From Anthoceros angustus (lineage: Eukaryota > Plantae > Anthocerotophyta), in NCBI GenBank assembly GCA_010909165.1, contig MU008165.1:1054001-1118000 (forward strand): a DNA stretch of 64,000 bases, written 5' to 3'. The position numbers and the translations under genes were made by a program. Numbering within the stretch: position 1 is the first letter of the stretch; every line of letters starts with the position of its first letter. Under the pieces are notes generated by a model. The model did no database searches, was not told the DNA's origin, and was given only the letters and a program-made list of their open reading frames with translations. Below, in pieces: positions 63,208 to 64,000 of this stretch.

Positions 63208-64000
63208 TCCTCCTCCTTCCTCTAGCTTTCCGAGGAGGACTTGGGTCCAATCCATCCGTTACGAACTTGGCCAAATGTTGGAAAGCGTCCACAAATGTTT
63301 GATTCCCAGCGGGTTCTTACGGGTTGTCACCTTCCCAACTCACGAATTCTCGGATGGTCCGTCCACGCAGGCTCGCTCCCTTGTGGCTAGGATGGTCATG
63401 GCCAAGATAAGGGCATCTCCCACTTTGAAATTCTTGCGCTTGAGAGGCTGCCCTTCATGCTTACTCCTCCTCCTCCTTCCTCTGAATGTCTTCTTTGGCG
63501 GTGGCTCTCCTTCTCTAAGGAGCTCGAACTCGGTGAACTACGCCTTCCTTCCCTCTCCTTGCTTGTTTTAGATGCCTCATCTAGAAAGCTGCATGATGGA
63601 AGGACTCCTACAAACTTCTTCAACAAGGAAACGTGGAAGGTCTTGCACATCTTCCAATGTCTTTGGCAGTCTAGTTGATAAGCTCTGGAGACCTTCTAAC
63701 AAAGAAATGGACCGACATACCTATAAGCAAGCTTGGCCTTACCTTCCCGCAGCTTGAGTACCTATTAGGCGCACTCACACTAGGTCGCCAACCTCGTGCC
63801 GTTCATCTCTTCGTTTCTTGTTGGCGTGCTTTGCTCTCGATCATTGATTGTTGCCATTCTCGACTTCTGGAAATCTTGACGCATGCTCTCATTATTTCGG
63901 TGATTGACCTTTGCGTCTCGCAACACCGGCCACATACCGGTGGTGGAATATTCTTTCCATATGTCGACGAAAGGCGAATACCCGCCAGAGTGACGGGCCG
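63208..64000 (-). mobile_element. Ty3/Gypsy (chromovirus-like) integrase C-terminus and chromodomain, degenerate; continues beyond the window
   Basis: FHVSLLKKF motif after the GPY/F region, followed by an EILKRK..ENSW chromodomain-like remnant and the PPT. Confidence 0.8.

Overview
This is eukaryotic nuclear DNA from a gene-dense, seed-free land plant. Short GT-AG introns of about 80-130 nt, a flagellar-type LRRIQ1 gene and many PLS-class PPR remnants suggest a hornwort or lycophyte (inference). The ORF track ignores splicing, so genes were rebuilt by eye and homologies are from recalled motifs, not database searches. Intact genes, in order: LRRIQ1-like (5'-truncated), a small conserved plant membrane protein, DCTPP1-type dCTP pyrophosphatase, GH35 beta-galactosidase, COG6, AGT1/SGAT, a meiotic axis protein, a small plastid-targeted CxxC..HxxC protein, an intronless GT-B glycosyltransferase and mitochondrial-type uL13. 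Between them lie repeated PPR remnants, a 10.7-kb tandem array (2.5 x ~4.25 kb), a TA-flanked MITE, a nested foldback element, a PIF/Harbinger element with TIRs, and a Copia element interrupted by a chromoviral Gypsy. Highlights: (1) a circularly permuted copy of the uL13-glycosyltransferase locus (16303-17982) whose two ends are adjacent bases in the donor, with the empty site also in the window, as expected from a re-integrated DNA circle; (2) an ASY3/PAIR3 gene that keeps the SYCP2/Red1-type ARM-PH N-terminal domain; (3) a 46-bp, G:U-rich hairpin that is a pre-miRNA candidate; (4) a possible bicistronic or shared-transcript uL13-glycosyltransferase pair.
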